The position numbers and the translations under genes are program-made. The notes below the pieces were generated by a model that ran no database searches, had not been told where the DNA came from, and saw nothing but the letters and a program-made list of their open reading frames with translations. DNA of 64,000 bases, taken from contig OX597817.1 of assembly GCA_951406725.2 (NCBI GenBank), positions 12,710,001 to 12,774,000 of the forward strand, read 5' to 3'. Every line of letters starts with the position of its first letter. The stretch's first letter is position 1. The DNA comes from Octopus vulgaris (lineage: Eukaryota). Positions 1 to 13,299 of the stretch are shown here, one piece after another.

Positions 1-1114
1 CTTGAAGGGGGAAAGTTTACTATGTTCCATTGAACCTTGGATGGGAAAATAGACTGCAGGAAAGTGAAGAAAGCATTTGGATCTTAAATACATCAACTAC
101 TATCTGCACTAATAAGAAAATTCATTGCAAATTACATTTTGAAAGATAAATAAAGAAGCACTATTTTGTCTTTTTATTTGCTTGTACAACATTCCTGGAC
201 ATAATATCTATCAATTCTTTGCCAAGCCTTCTTTTAATTGCATTTAAGGCTTTGCTGGATAAAACTCAAAAGATGTTATTTCCATTTTGTCAATATTTAT
301 GTAGAGAATTTTTTCAGTGAGACACGTCACGAATCTTCAACAGCCATCCAATCAACCATTGAGTCTTATAATAGGCTTTTACTTTAAACGCTCACATACA
401 TGAGACTTGTACAAAATTAATCACGTTTTAAAAATCTTCACTACAGATTTCATTTGATGAAAATTCATATGTATTAAGCAATGCATTCTAGAGTTACATC
501 AGTTTAAATTATTTCAAAGTAATGAGAAAGTTATTGTTTTAAACCCAAGAATTTTTAAAAAAGCTGGTACGTCATTGACTGAAAAAAATATATCAATCAT
601 TGCATTTTTCACATGTTTCCACAAAAAGCATTTAAAAATGCAGTTTTCAGCAATAGTTTCATCCTCAAATGTACAGATGGAAATATTGCTAAATAATCTC
701 ACAATTCTGTATGTAACACATTTACCAGAATTGGTAAAGAGGTCGCAAACACTAGACAGTATCTCAGTAACTGTTAGAACAACTAGTTTGATTTAAAATA
801 AAATACAGAAATTTGTTGAGGATAATATTGTATCTATCAACACGAACTCTCTGTTCAGCAGCTAACTTGGTTATTTCCTTGTGTGCTACTTTCATTATAC
901 AGAAATTTGCAGACTCAAATGTCAAGTTTTTAATTCAGTCAAAAGCACAACACGCCTGATGGTTGAAATGGGAAGAGTTCTATTGAAGAATGAAAAGTAA
1001 AGTTGACCTTGGTGGCATTTGAACTCAGAATGTAAAGCCGGAAGAATGTTGTTAAGCATTTGTCTGGCATGCTAACAATTTTACTGGCTCCCACCCTAAC
1101 TTGTACACATAACA

Positions 1115-1500
1115 GCAGGAGTGGCTGTGTGGTAAGTAGCTTGCTAACCAACCACATAGTTCCGGGTTCAGTCCCACTGCGTGGCATCTTGGGCAAGTGT
1201 CTTCTGCTATAGCCCCGGGCCGACCAATGCCTTGTGAGTGGATTTGGTAGACGGAAACTGAAAGAAGCCTGTCGTATATATGTGTATATGTTTGTGTGTC
1301 TGTGTTTGTCCCCCTAGCATTGCTTGACAACCGATGCTGGTGTGTTTACTTCCCCGTCACTTAGCGGTTCGGCAAAAGAGACCGATAGAATAAGTACTGG
1401 GCTTACAAAGAATAAGTCCCGGGGTCGATTTGCTTGACTAAAGGCGGTGCTCCAGCATGGCCGCAGTCAAATGACTGAAACGAGTAAAAGAGTAAAGAGT
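1115..1500 (+). mobile_element. tRNA-derived SINE family A, full length
   Basis: Head gcaggagtggctgtgtggtaag...gggttcagtccc (Pol III A/B-box-like), internal (TG)n and an (agtaaaag)n tail. Other copies: 4632-4770+ (3' part), 9605-9820+ (3' half), 51728-51862- (partial), plus those listed separately. Confidence 0.9.
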
Positions 1501-2023
1501 ATACTATTAATGAAATACATTAGTTTTTGCTGTAGTGTTGTTTAGCTGCCACTTTGTCTGAAATATAGTCTAGCATGTACTTATCAGACCTTAGAATAAC
1601 TACTATGCATTCCTGATGAGGTCTTATAAAACTGAAATCTGTCTAGAATTTGTCACCTTGTATATTAAAGACCAGATTCATTTATCACTTCAAGCTGCCA
1701 TACTTAGGCACAGTAAAGCCAGTTCAATTCTAAACTGAAGACATTTCACTCCACTTCATTTGTACCGAAAATACTGCTAAGAAAAAAGTGTGACTTTGTG
1801 TCAATGTCATTGTTACAATACTGTACCAGTTGTCCCTGTACGAAATTACCAACCCTTCAGCCAGCATCTCAACATCTACTCATCTATCACATTATTCGTC
1901 GTTTACCTAACCTCTTGAAGCCTGATCTACCCACACAACCTGTTGTGCTTATTATTGTGTTCTGAAGTATTATTGTTGTTTATACCCAGGTCAGTTCTGA
2001 TTAATTAGTTTTATTTCAATATT

Positions 2024-2216
2024 GTGCAGGTGGCACGTAAAAAGCACCCACTACACTCACGGAGTGGTTGGCGTTAGGAAGGGCATCCAGCTGTAGAAAC
2101 ATTGCCAGATTAGACTGGAGCCTGGTGCAGCCTTCTGGCTTCCCAGAACCCCGGTCGAACCGTCCAACCCATGCTAGCATGGAGAACGGACGTTAAACGA
2201 CGATGATGATGATGAT
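2024..2216 (+). mobile_element. RTE-related SINE/non-autonomous element (family D) with (GAT)n tail, 3' part
   Basis: ggcgttaggaagggcatccagctgtagaaac...ccatgctagcatgg...cggacgttaaacga(tga)n. The same sequence occurs at 45764-46390-, 51137-51525- and 60321-60614+. Confidence 0.75.
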
Positions 2217-2370
2217 AAGTACGTCTAGAATTACATTATCCAAAGTGTCATTCCTATATTTCTTTTTAACAATAGAGTAAGCTTTGACTTGCTGTTGCTG
2301 CCATTTTCAGTGATCACAATACGTACATTTGTTGACTCAAATGCATTTTATAAAGTTGAGTTACTGCTAA

Positions 2371-2623
2371 GGAAGAGACGTAAACAAGAGACTGAAAGGA
2401 AGAGACGTAAACAAGAGACTATGGCACTACAACCAGCCAGGAACAGTCTTCTCTACATTTGCGGTACCTGCCAGAGGGAGTGTTTGTCCAGGATAGGACT
2501 ACACAGCCACAGCAGGAAATGTATCAGGACATGAAATATAAAAGCCGGACTAGACTACAAAAAAGAAAAAACATGCGCAACTCCATTGTCTCCCGAGACA
2601 GAAAGGATGCCAATACAATACAA
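2371..2623 (+). mobile_element. 5'-truncated RTE (BovB-like) LINE 3' end
   Basis: C-terminal peptide YICGTCQRECLSRIGLHSHSRKC typical of RTE/BovB ORF ends, (caata)n tail, 9-bp TSD tactgctaa at 2362-2370 and 2624-2632. Confidence 0.8.
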
Positions 2624-3028
2624 TACTGCTAAACCAACATCCACTTAACCTCATCTTCTGAAAATCAAGCACCAAATCTGCAGCAACAAGTTGGGTGCAG
2701 TACTGCGGGCTGACAAAATACTCGTCAATTTTATGATAGGTGCATACATGAACAATCTTTTTTGTCCTATAGCAGACGATAAGAGATATTAATAATCAGA
2801 AACTGACTACACCACTAGGAAATATCTTTAATGAATATCATATGTAGCATGTTTTCATTGGTTGATAATTCAAATAAATGGAGTCAGACCTCAGGATTAT
2901 GTTAGGAAAAGATTGGTAAAATTTTATCAGGCATATATAATTAAGGTATTATGCGGGCCATATAATGAGTCATGAAATGATGCATGCAGCACAGGTGTCA
3001 AGTATCTATAGTCATAAGAATAAGCATC

Positions 3029-3250
3029 GAGCTGGCAGAAACGTTAGCACGCCGGGCGAAAAGCGTAGCCGTATTTCGTCTGCCATTACGTTCCGAGTTC
3101 AAATTCCGCCGAGGTCGACTTTGCTTTTCATCCTTTCGGGGTCGATAAATTAAGTACCAGTTACGCACTGGGGTCGATGTAATTGACTTAATCCCTTTGT
3201 CTGTCCTTGTTTGTCCCCTCTATGTTTAGCCCCTTGTGGGTAATAAAGAA
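3029..3250 (+). mobile_element. SINE family B (Meta-domain-like core)
   Basis: Core gtcgactttgc..ttcatcctttcggggtcgataaattaagtaccag and tail gccccttgtgggtaataaagaa. 15-bp TSD ataagaataagcatc at 3014-3028 and 3251-3265. Other copies include 6875-7050+, 27410-27600+, 35742-35958+, 36398-36623+, 48406-48632+, 55008-55148+ and 61995-62212-. Confidence 0.9.
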
Positions 3251-3442
3251 ATAAGAATAAGCATCAGTTGTGCAAATTTGTGTTTTTGCAAAATGCTAAT
3301 TAATTTACGTCGATACTGGTGTAGTTTTGATGTTTGTTTTTCAGACTCAAATAACTAATGATGGACATGAAAGAACGAGTGTATGTGGTAAGACAAACAA
3401 AAGAGCTGTTAGAATGACCGTTAAATATGCGCCTATATATAT

Positions 3443-3686
3443 ATATATTTTTACATATTTTAATATATTTTTATTGCTTTATATATTTTTACATATTTTA
3501 ATATATTTTTATTGCTTTATATATTTTTACATATTTTAATATATTTTTATTGCTTTATATATTTTTACATATTTTAATATATTTTTATTGCTTTATATAT
3601 TTTTACATATTTTAATATATTTTTATTGCTTTATATATTTTTACATATTTTAATATATTTTTATTGCTTTATATATTTTTACATAT
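3443..3686. repeat. AT-rich minisatellite, 38-bp unit, about 6.5 copies
   Basis: Unit atatatttttacatattttaatatatttttattgcttt repeated essentially perfectly. Confidence 0.92.
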
Positions 3687-3781
3687 TTTTTCTGCATATT
3701 AACTTTCACCCTGCATTTTTTGTGCATGTTTGTATATAGACGTGTATATGAACATGTTTGTGCGCGTATGGGTATATATAT

Positions 3782-3817
<36 letters not shown>

Positions 3818-3848
3818 ATATATATGTGTACAGGTGTACGGTTGCATA

Positions 3849-4445
3849 TGTAACGAACTTGTGTGAATATCCTCGTGCACTTTTGGGGTGCACAAAGCAA
3901 TCACTAGCTCGCTCGTTAATTATCCAGAATCTCTACTAGTCAGAAACAACAAGACGCAGACGTGAAATATATATAACTACTTTATTCTCTTTCTTGGTAA
4001 ACAATAACAATAAGTGTGTTATCTGATGTCCTAGGTTCGGGCGCGCACCGCTATAAGTTAATAGATTGTAATATTTACAATGTCCAGCCCAAAAACAGAA
4101 AGGGGTCAAAATGGCGTCGAACAGGGAAGTTGAAATGTGGTCGGCAACAATTTGGTTAAAGGTATTTCGGCCGACTGCTGCTAGAATCAAGCCCTGACGG
4201 AGAGAGAATATACGTGTGACCGCCGCCTTCAATCGCTGGTTCCCAAGTCATTGGCTGCTGCTGCTAGCGGTCAAACGTTCTACGACCCCCTTGCCTCGGC
4301 TAACTGCTACGTAGGCAATAGGGTCGTGCTACCGGTGGTTCGCGCATGCGCGAGAGGGCCCTTCCTTTCTGTGCCTTGGTGAAGGCACCAACACGCGCGA
4401 AATACAAATGGTCGGTGCGCGAGCGCGCGTTATAATATCACTACA
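3849..4445 (-). mobile_element. Solo LTR (gypsy-like), 597 bp
   Basis: Termini TGTAACGA...TCACTACA, 4-bp TSD CATA (3845-3848 and 4446-4449), CpG-rich interior, AATAAA on the minus strand near 3980. Confidence 0.75.
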
Positions 4446-4986
4446 CATATATATGTATACCTATAGGTGTGTGAGTGTGCTTGCATGTGTTTCACGCGAG
4501 TGTGAGTGAGCATATATAGTATAGGCGTATTTAGACGTGTATATAAATATAATTGTGCGTGTATGGGTATGTGTACGTGTGTGTGTGTGTGTGTGTGTAT
4601 GCAGATATGTATATGTGTACATGTGTATGGTTGCAAAAAGAGAACGATAGAATAAGTACTAGGTTTAAAAGATAAGTCCTGGGGGCGATTTGTTCGATTA
4701 AAACCCTTCAAAGCGGGGCTCCAGCATGGCCACAATCAAATGACTGAAACTAGTAAAAGAATGAAAGAATATGCGAGTATACAAATAATATGTAGATTAA
4801 TGCGTATATATATTTATGCACCCAAATAAAAATAAGCATGTTTAATTAAGCTCAAGACAACGTGTTTTCATATGTAATATAAGCACATCATAAATAGATA
4901 AATAAATAAATAAATAAATAAATAAATACCGCAAATAAAAAGGAAAAGATAAGAGCAAGAAGGGAAAATAAAACTAAAGGAGTATT

Positions 4987-6124
4987 CTTTTCAACTCTAG
5001 GCACAAGGCCCGAAATTTTTAGGGAAGGGGACCAGTCGATTAGATCGACGCCAGTACGCAACTGGTACTTAATTTATCGACCCCAAAAGGATGGATGGTA
5101 AAGTCGACCTCGGCGGAATTTGAACTCAGAGCATAAAGACAGACGAAATACCTATTTCTTTACTGCCCACAAGGGGCTAAACACAGAGAGGACAAACAAG
5201 GACAGACAAACGGATTAAGTCGATTATATCGACCCCAGTGCGTAACTGGTACTTAATTTATCGACCCCGAAAGATGGAAGGCAAAGTTGACCTTGGCGGA
5301 ATTTGAACTCAGAACATAGCGGCAGACGAAATACCTATTTCTTTACTACCCACAAGGGGCTAAACACAGAGGGGACAAACAAGGACAGACAAACGGATTA
5401 AGTCGATTATATCGACCCCAGTGCGTAACTGGTACTTAATTCATCGACCCCGAAATGATGGAAGGCAAAGTCGACCTCGGCGGAATTTGAACTCAGAACA
5501 TAATGGCAGACGAAATACCTATTTCTTTACTACCCACAAGGAGCTAAATACACAGAGGGGTCAAACAAGGACAGACAAACGGATTAAGTCGATTACATCG
5601 ACCCCAGTGCGTAACTGGTACTTATTTAATCTTCCCTGAAAGGATGAAAGGCAAAGTTGACCTCGGTGGAATTTGAACTCAGAACGTAGCGGTAGACGAA
5701 ATACCTGTTTCTTTACTGCCCACAAGGGGTTACACACAGAGGGGCCAAACAAGGACAGACAAACGGATTAAGTCGATTATATCGACCTCAGTGCGTAACT
5801 GGTACTTAATTTATCGATCCCGAAAGGATGAAAGGCAAAGTTGACCTCGGCGGAATTTGAACTCAGAACGTAGCGGCAGACGAAATACCTGTTTCTTTAC
5901 TACCCACAAGGAGCTAAACACACAGACGGGACAAACAAGGACAGACAAACGGATTAAGTCGATTACATCGACCCCAGTGCGTAACTGGTGCTTAATTTAT
6001 CGACCCCGAAAGGATGAAAGGCAAAGTCGACCTCGGCGGAATTTGAACTCACAACGTAGCGACCGACGAAATACCGCTAAACATTTCGCCCTTCGTGCTA
6101 ACGTTTCTGCCAGCTCGCCGCCTT
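4987..6124 (-). mobile_element. Head-to-tail multimer of SINE family B (one head plus about 6 bodies, ~185-bp period)
   Basis: gacgaaatacc recurs at about 5142, 5325, 5509, 5695, 5879 and 6066. The head (ctgccagctcgccgcct) occurs only once, at the right end. Confidence 0.9.
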
Positions 6125-6316
6125 AAAGCGAAAGAAGTATTAAAACAAAATAGATTTGTCACAGAGCATGAGGAATAGAGAAGAAAGTTTTACTATGTAG
6201 GTAGTTAAGCTCTTGTCTTTTCCTTTTCGTTTGATTGCCTTTATTCATTTATCTATGTATCTATTTATTTATTTATCGATTTATACATACGAAAAGAAGA
6301 TATCTTAGACTTAGAC

Positions 6317-6502
6317 ACTGACCACAGAGCACCCAGCGACATAGCCATGTTTCAGCGACAGTCAGCCAGTTCCAGCGACCGCAACACCACTACTAGCAGC
6401 ATTTCAGGACCGTCGCCTTCACCTTATCGTCGTCTTCACCTTATCGTCGCCTTCATTTTAACGTCGTCTCCACCACTGTCGCCTTTATCTTACGTACACA
6501 GC
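6317..6502 (+). mobile_element. Fragment of the LTR family seen at 7161-8162
   Basis: cactgaccacagagca..cagcgaca...cgcctttatcttacg aligns by eye to 7452-7602. Confidence 0.75.
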
Positions 6503-6590
6503 ATGTTTATTTCTTATTTAGGCAAATATAATTATACATACACATATATCTATACATCATTTGTATACTCCCATCTGTATTTTAAAAAAT

Positions 6591-6822
6591 AAGGCGGCGA
6601 GCTGGCAGAAGCGTTAGCACGCCGGGCGAAATGCTTTGCGGTATTTCGTCTGCCATTATGTTCTGAGTTCAAATTCCGCCGAGGTCGACTTTGCCTTTCA
6701 TCCTTTCGGGGTCGATAAATTAAGTACCAGTTACGCACTGGGGTCGATGTAATCGACTTAATACCCATGTCTGTCCCTGTTTGTCCCCTCTGTGTTTAGC
6801 CCCTTGTGGGTAATAAAGAAAT
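6591..6822 (+). mobile_element. SINE family B, full length
   Basis: Head aggcggcgagctggcagaa, flanked by an imperfect TSD tgtattt(t/a)aaaaaataa. Confidence 0.9.
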
Positions 6823-7160
6823 ATGTATTTAAAAAAATAAAACAACATCCTACATGTGAGAAGCGTTTGTAACTAAGGCGACGAACAGGCAGAATTGTTA
6901 CGGAGCCCGGACAGAATACTTAGATAGCATTTCGTCCGACTTTGCTTAGTGAGTTCAAATTCAGCTGAGGTCGACATTACTTTTTGTTCTTTTGAGATAG
7001 ATAAAATAAGAATTACTTGAGCATTGGGGTCGATGTTATTGACTAGACCCCACCCTACAACATATAGTACAAAGGATTATAACTGGTTAGAAAATAGTGA
7101 TGATGGATTTGGAGAATAGTCAACGCATCGGACTTATGCTTAGAGGCATTTATTCGAGTT

Positions 7161-8162
7161 TGTAGCGTACCTTAGTGAAATACATCCTCTCTCTCTCTGA
7201 CATATATAACACAAATACGGACGTAGCAGATAACAGTCAACCTTCGGTCCCTTAGGCCCAGTTGTATCCACTACTCTGATTGGTTGGTTTTGGTGCAGTT
7301 TGTCTCTTGCTTTATTTCGCGCCAATGTGCAAACCAACCAATCGCAACCTTCTGATAAGGTCCCGTGACGCTGTTTTTCTAAAGCTCGTTTGAGCCTCTA
7401 GCCCGCTATAAAACCCAGCGATTCATTGAATCGCTTGTCTTTGGTTCTCACCACTGACCACAGAGCATCCAGCGACACAGTCATGTTCCAGCGACAGTCA
7501 GCCAGTTCTAGCGACCGCTACACCACCACTAGCAGCATTCCAGGACCGTCAACTTCACTTAACGTCGTCTCCACCACCGTCGCCTTTATCTTACGCACAC
7601 AGCGCCTAGGTTTAACTTCACGCTGTTTGTGAATACTCACCAAGGTTAACAGCAAGTCTACCTGCGAGAACCTTCTGTACCAAGTAACCCGGCACAGCAT
7701 AGAAGCCACAACCTCTACACGCGTAGTAAACGGTTCTGCCTTGTGACCTCAACCTCTTGTACAGAATTCCAACTATTGTGTATCTTACTACGAACTGGTA
7801 TTTACCTTCATCTTGTGTCTGATCTTCTTCTAGCCTCCTGATAGACTCATTTCTATGCTCTGTATTTTATCTCACTCGCATACACATTGTTTGTACACAC
7901 ATACACTTTATTGTATGCTCGACGACCTGTCTTATTATTATTATATACATACCTATGTCGCACTCATAGATATACACTCTGCTACCCACATGTTAACACC
8001 TAAATAAAACCTTTCTCTTAAACATTAACAGTTGTACCGTCTTCTCTCTTATTCCTTCAGGCACTTATTTATCTATATTTTGGCTTTTATTGTAAGGCGA
8101 CCGTGCGGTGTTTAAAGGAGTCATTCATTCGTCACCATCTCCTTTCGCACGGTCGTTCTACA
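7161..8162 (+). mobile_element. Solo LTR (gypsy-like), 1002 bp
   Basis: Termini TGTAG...CTACA, 4-bp TSD AGTT (7157-7160 and 8163-8166), TATA-like ctataaaa near 7407, AATAAA near 8003. Confidence 0.82.
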
Positions 8163-9171
8163 AGTTTTTTTCTACAATAAATGTTCAAATCCCATTGAAG
8201 TCAACTTAGCTTTCCAACCAGCCAAGCACTGAGGTCAATTTAATTGACTGATTTCTTTCTACGCAGTTTCAGGTCTTGTTCTTATATGACAAATAATCTA
8301 AGGGCAATGGATTTGCAGAATCGTTAGAGCATCGGAAGACCGTGCAAAATTCGTCCCGGTATTTTACATTCTGAGTTCAAATCCCGATGACGTCAACGTT
8401 GCATTTTATTCTTACGGGATCGATATAATCGATTGCTCTCCTCTTCTCAAAAGTTCTGAACTTGTGCATAAATTAGATACAAATATTGTTTCTATCAGTG
8501 ACTTACACCTTACCAATCAATATCATACAACACTCACTGCCAAAACATGGCAAATATTTCCTCCCAATCCACTCTGCTTTTTTTTTAATTCTTTCTATCC
8601 TACACACAACTGGATATACACCGACATCACTTATGAAATTCTACAAAGAACATTACGATACAAGCAGACATCTCTCTGTCAAGTTTTTTACCAAGAAAAC
8701 TGAAAAGTGTTCAGCACAACACTAGCACACAATAAGGTTGGCTTCAGGATCCATACAGGAACTTAATCTTAGAAATCGATCTTATCAACAAAACGGTATG
8801 GTTCAGACACCTCCACAAAACTATTTAATTGTCGAAGTGAGTATATGAAATCCATTAAAAACATGATAGTAGAATTGGTTCCCTGCTCTATAAACTATAT
8901 CATATGTAATTGAAGTTGTTTTTAAATACCAACTAAACAAAGGAGCAGGTCTATTTAGAAAAATAAACCTCACATACCAGAAATGTTAGTACGACGTACA
9001 TAAAAAAAAAATTTGTTTATGTTATATAATACCAAAAACTGAAGTACTTTCTCAGACTTGGTTCGCGCGTTTAACAAAATCTGCATTATCTCGCAACAGT
9101 TAAGTAGACTCATAGGATGTTATATTTATTTACATCTTGTGGAAATGTATTGTTATTTTATACTGCAAGAA

Positions 9172-9299
<128 letters not shown>

Positions 9300-9821
9300 C
9301 ACCCGATTTCGCGATTCGCTGGAACGTCATTTGCTAAATCTCAACTGATTTCGTCATCGTCTTATGTATAACTGTAACCTCCGATGCTATAAATAATAGC
9401 CAACATCTAGCAGTCAGTACTACTATCTGACATTACAAGTGGTGACTGTCTTCTGCTCTAAGTACAACAATAAAGACCTTTTAAGAAATCCGAATAACAG
9501 TACTATAGATCTTCCAAAATGTATGTTATAAAATTCAGTTGTTGAAAGATCTATTCAAGATCTTAGACTAAAATTATTTCAAGCCTTCTAGAGAATGTAT
9601 GGTTATGTGTGTTTGTGTGTCTGTGTTTGCTTGACAACCGATGCTGGTGTGTTTACGTCCCTGTCACTTAGCGGTTCGGCAAAAAGAGTCCGATAGAATA
9701 AGTACTGGGCTTACAAAAAGAATAAGTCCCGGGGTCGAGTTGCTCGACTAAAGGCGGTGCTCCAGCATGGCCGCAGTCAAATGATTGAAACAAGTAAAAG
9801 AGTAAAAGAGAAAAGAGTAAG

Positions 9822-10123
9822 AGATAATCAACCAGCTTTGGATCGCCTTGAAAAGAATCTGAAAACGCCTCGAGTTGGACGTACCTCTCAATCGTGCCAT
9901 AAGTACTAGACCAACGGGTTTTATTTCTTTTTATAGGCTGCAAAGGCGTTTTTTCCCGAAGCTTACCTGCAAGTTTTAATGATTTTAGTTTGCCCATCAA
10001 CATATTTTTTTTATCAAGCAGAACTTCTTGCTTGTCGAGATAAGCAGAAACAGCTAGAGTGAATTTATGAGAGACATATCCAATTAATGGTATTCTGCTC
10101 AAATTCGCAATAGAGTTGTTCAC
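9822..10123 (-). pseudogene. hAT-like transposase remnant, truncated by a SINE
   Basis: Peptide LREKTPLQPIKRNKTRWSSTYGTIERYVQL contains the hAT TRWxS motif. Confidence 0.6.
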
Positions 10124-10575
10124 TTCAGTATTATCTCAAGTAATAGCTACATTTTCTAAATTTCTGTTATAGACACTTAATACATCTAATATAGTAAATG
10201 CGAAAACTAATTTCTGTGTGTCAGTGTGTCACTCTTTGACACCCCTCTCTCACTATTCAATGAAATTTCCTCGTGCTGAGGTGAGAGTAATAGCAGACAT
10301 AGAGATGGTGAGGGTAGTGGTGAAGAGAGAGAGAGAGAGAGAGAGAGAAAAGAAAAAGGAGAGGGAGAGAAAGAGAGAGACAAAGAAATTTAGAGAGAGC
10401 TGATGATGTTTCATTAAAAGTAGTAGTGTTGATGGTGGTAATAGGAGTAATAATAAGAAAGAGAAAGAAGGAGATGATGTACAACTTTCCTGGACAGAAA
10501 CTCCTGTGGTCATCATACTGAACCAACTACTGAACCCTATAATTTTTGTTTTATATTTTGCTTTCGTTACTACAA

Positions 10576-10726
<151 letters not shown>

Positions 10727-11552
10727 TAAAATACACTTCAACTGAAATACAATTTCCCCAAAATTAAATATAGCTAATATTATAAATGTGAATGTCAGTG
10801 TGTCACACTTTTTCAACTTTACCCTTAGAGGCCGTAGCCCAACACACCATACCATTTTGGAATCAGGCTAAATTCCGTGAGTAAATTAAAATCATTCCGG
10901 GCCGAATCCGGACCTGCAATCCTGAAATTTTGGATTTTTATGTTTTCATAACTGCGATTGTTTTCGGTGACTTTTTTTTACATGATTTTTAGCGACGAAT
11001 TTGATCATTTATGGGGATATGACTCTGGAGAAAGCAATTTCAACAAATTTTCCAAAACAAGTCAGAGATCTGTTTGGATATTTTCCCATTCGGGGTTAGT
11101 TGCTTAAAAGCTACATACTAGCTATCGGGCGGCTTTTAAGCTTATAAATTCTATAAATTCGACATAATCAGAAGCAGTGAATGATGTTTCACTTATCATT
11201 GGCGAAAATGCCAGCAAAACAGTACAACAGTCATTTTGATAATTGCACGAATAAGATGCAAAAAGTCCAATGAAATGCGTCGAACTTTTAGTCTAACCGT
11301 CGATTAATAACGAAAATTTACTTGGAAGTTCATCGGATACTTTCTTTTTCCACTTCTTGAGTAAGTTTTTCTATGTATTTATTTAAGTTCACATTTGTCA
11401 TACTTCCCAAGTTTGTGTACTTACGAGTCAGTGGGTCTTCAATAAAGGAAAATGGTTTTTAAACCAACACCTACCCACTCAATCCAAACATAAACATTTA
11501 AGACCGAGTGACTGACTAAACTACTTTTTGGTGGAAGAAAACTCGATAAAGG

Positions 11553-11943
11553 AAGGAAGCACTCTGTCGGTTACGACGATGAGGGTTCCGGTTGATCCGA
11601 ATCAACGGAACAGCCTGCTCGTGAAATTAACGTGTAAGTGGCTGAGCACTCCACAGACACGTGTACCCTTAACGTAGTTCTCGGGGACATTCAGCGTGAC
11701 ACAGAGAGTGACAAGGCCGGCCCTTTGAAATACAAAGGGCAACAGAAACAGGAAGTAAGAGTGAGAGAAAGTTGTGGCAAAAGAGTACAGCAGGGATCAC
11801 CACCATCCCCTGCCGGAGCCTCGTGGAGCTTTAGGTGATTTTTTCGCTCAATAAACACTCACAACGCCCGGTCTGGGAATCGAAACCGCGATCCTATGAC
11901 CGCGAGTCCGCTGCCCTAACCATTGGGCCATTGCGCCTCCACT
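11553..11943 (-). mobile_element. tRNA(Arg-like)-derived SINE family C
   Basis: Minus-strand head ggaggcgcaatggcccaatggttagggcagcggactcgcgg...ggtttcgattccc, with TSD actcgataaag (11542-11552 and 11945-11955). Related copies: 17570-17950-, 18017-18078- (head), 46657-46792- (3' part), 49592-49903- (variant body). Confidence 0.88.
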
Positions 11944-12692
11944 ACTCGATAAAGATGGTCGTCTAGTTACTTGTGTAATAGAATACTCAGGTTCCTGTTT
12001 TTTTATATGATTCATAAGATTTGTTCATCCAGTTCCTTTTTTTTTTTTTTGCTTTTTAGTCAACATTTTCAATACTTCCATTTCCTTACATATTCATTGT
12101 GTCTTTGGTTAAGAAATTTTCTGACTATTTGCTCGTTTTCATGCGGCATGGGTTAGTTAAAAATAGAATATATTTCGCCACTCCAGTGATGAAAATATGA
12201 TTCAGTTAATATGTTGGAGCGGAATTCAAGATACAACCGCGTTGCAGGTGTGAATCATTCTCGGCGGTCAGAACCAAGAATCACTCGACAGCGATTATTT
12301 GACAACAATACACAATAGCCAATTCCTAAGCATGACAAAATGTGTGAATCATTCTCAGCTGTCAAAACAAAGCGTCAGCACAATTCCTCAAATAATGATA
12401 GAACGCTGTATTTACCAATTGAACGTCGAATGAAGTATGAGCCATTTGAAAAACTTTCGCCGACAATGTTGAAATTAACTGCAATTAATTGCATTAATTG
12501 ATGACAGCAATCAATTACTTAATCGGCAGTCCGACTCCAATTGATCAATTGGACCAATATATTGCCATTAAATGTTCATCAATTAATTTTTTACAATTCC
12601 TGATGGTGATCATAATGTCTTGCTTACGACACCTCTCCAGATGTTTCTTTTAAAGAGAGGGTAATCCTATGAATGTGATTTATACACAGACA

Positions 12693-13089
12693 AGTAGTAT
12701 CGTCCGGCGTTGCTCGGGTTTGTAAAGGAAATAACTATATAAGCATTTTTAGAGAGTTATAGCCAAAAAATAGCAAAAAATGCATCAAAAATAGAAAAAA
12801 AATTATGGTTAATTTTTTTTTAAATCGTTGACTCATCGTAGACATTTTTAGAGAGTTACTTCCCTTATATAATAGCAAAAAAAATGCATTAAAAATGGGA
12901 AAAAATGATGGTAAATTTTTTTTTAATCGTAGACTCATCGTAGACGCGCGCTAATACCCAGAAGGGCTCGATATGAATCACGACTATAAGATACCCGGTT
13001 TTGGTTAAACTGCACCGCAAAATGTGGGAGTAGTTAGGAATCTAAATCGTAGGAGACAGACACACAACTTGACTTTTATATATAAAGAT
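12693..13089 (-). mobile_element. Non-autonomous Helitron
   Basis: Same family as 35051-35449 and 57363-57757. On the minus strand: 5' TCTTTATATATAAAA and a 3' hairpin cccgagcaacgccgg followed by a degenerate CTAG. Confidence 0.82.
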
Positions 13090-13152
13090 GTGCAGTGTGG
13101 GAACGTGCTACCGATGTAAACCCGCTCCATTTTATTTCATGCTATGTGATCA

Positions 13153-13279
13153 TTAGCGTAGCTAGAGTGTTTGCCGCCCCCAGGGCAGCCCTTCTGTTTG
13201 CCGCTACCCAGACCCCCACAAAAAAAAAACATATTGCCTACAGCAAATCCAAAAGTGCCACCCGGGGCGAACCGCCCTA
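13153..13279. mobile_element. Small hAT-like MITE
   Basis: Inverted ends gcgtagctag...ctagctacgc with GC-rich subterminal ccc/ggg motifs. Confidence 0.5.
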
Positions 13280-13299
13280 CCACCTCCTAGCTACGCCTG

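Noticed and set aside
1-940. Short ORFs, possibly a decayed transposase
   Set aside because: No motif strong enough to assign and no exon-like splice structure.
4987-6124. Regularly spaced repeats suggestive of a CRISPR array
   Set aside because: The units are full ~185-bp SINE bodies with no unique spacers, there are no cas genes, and the context is eukaryotic.
11860-11943. tRNA-like sequence
   Set aside because: It is the head of a SINE and continues into a repeat body present in multiple copies; not a stand-alone tRNA gene.
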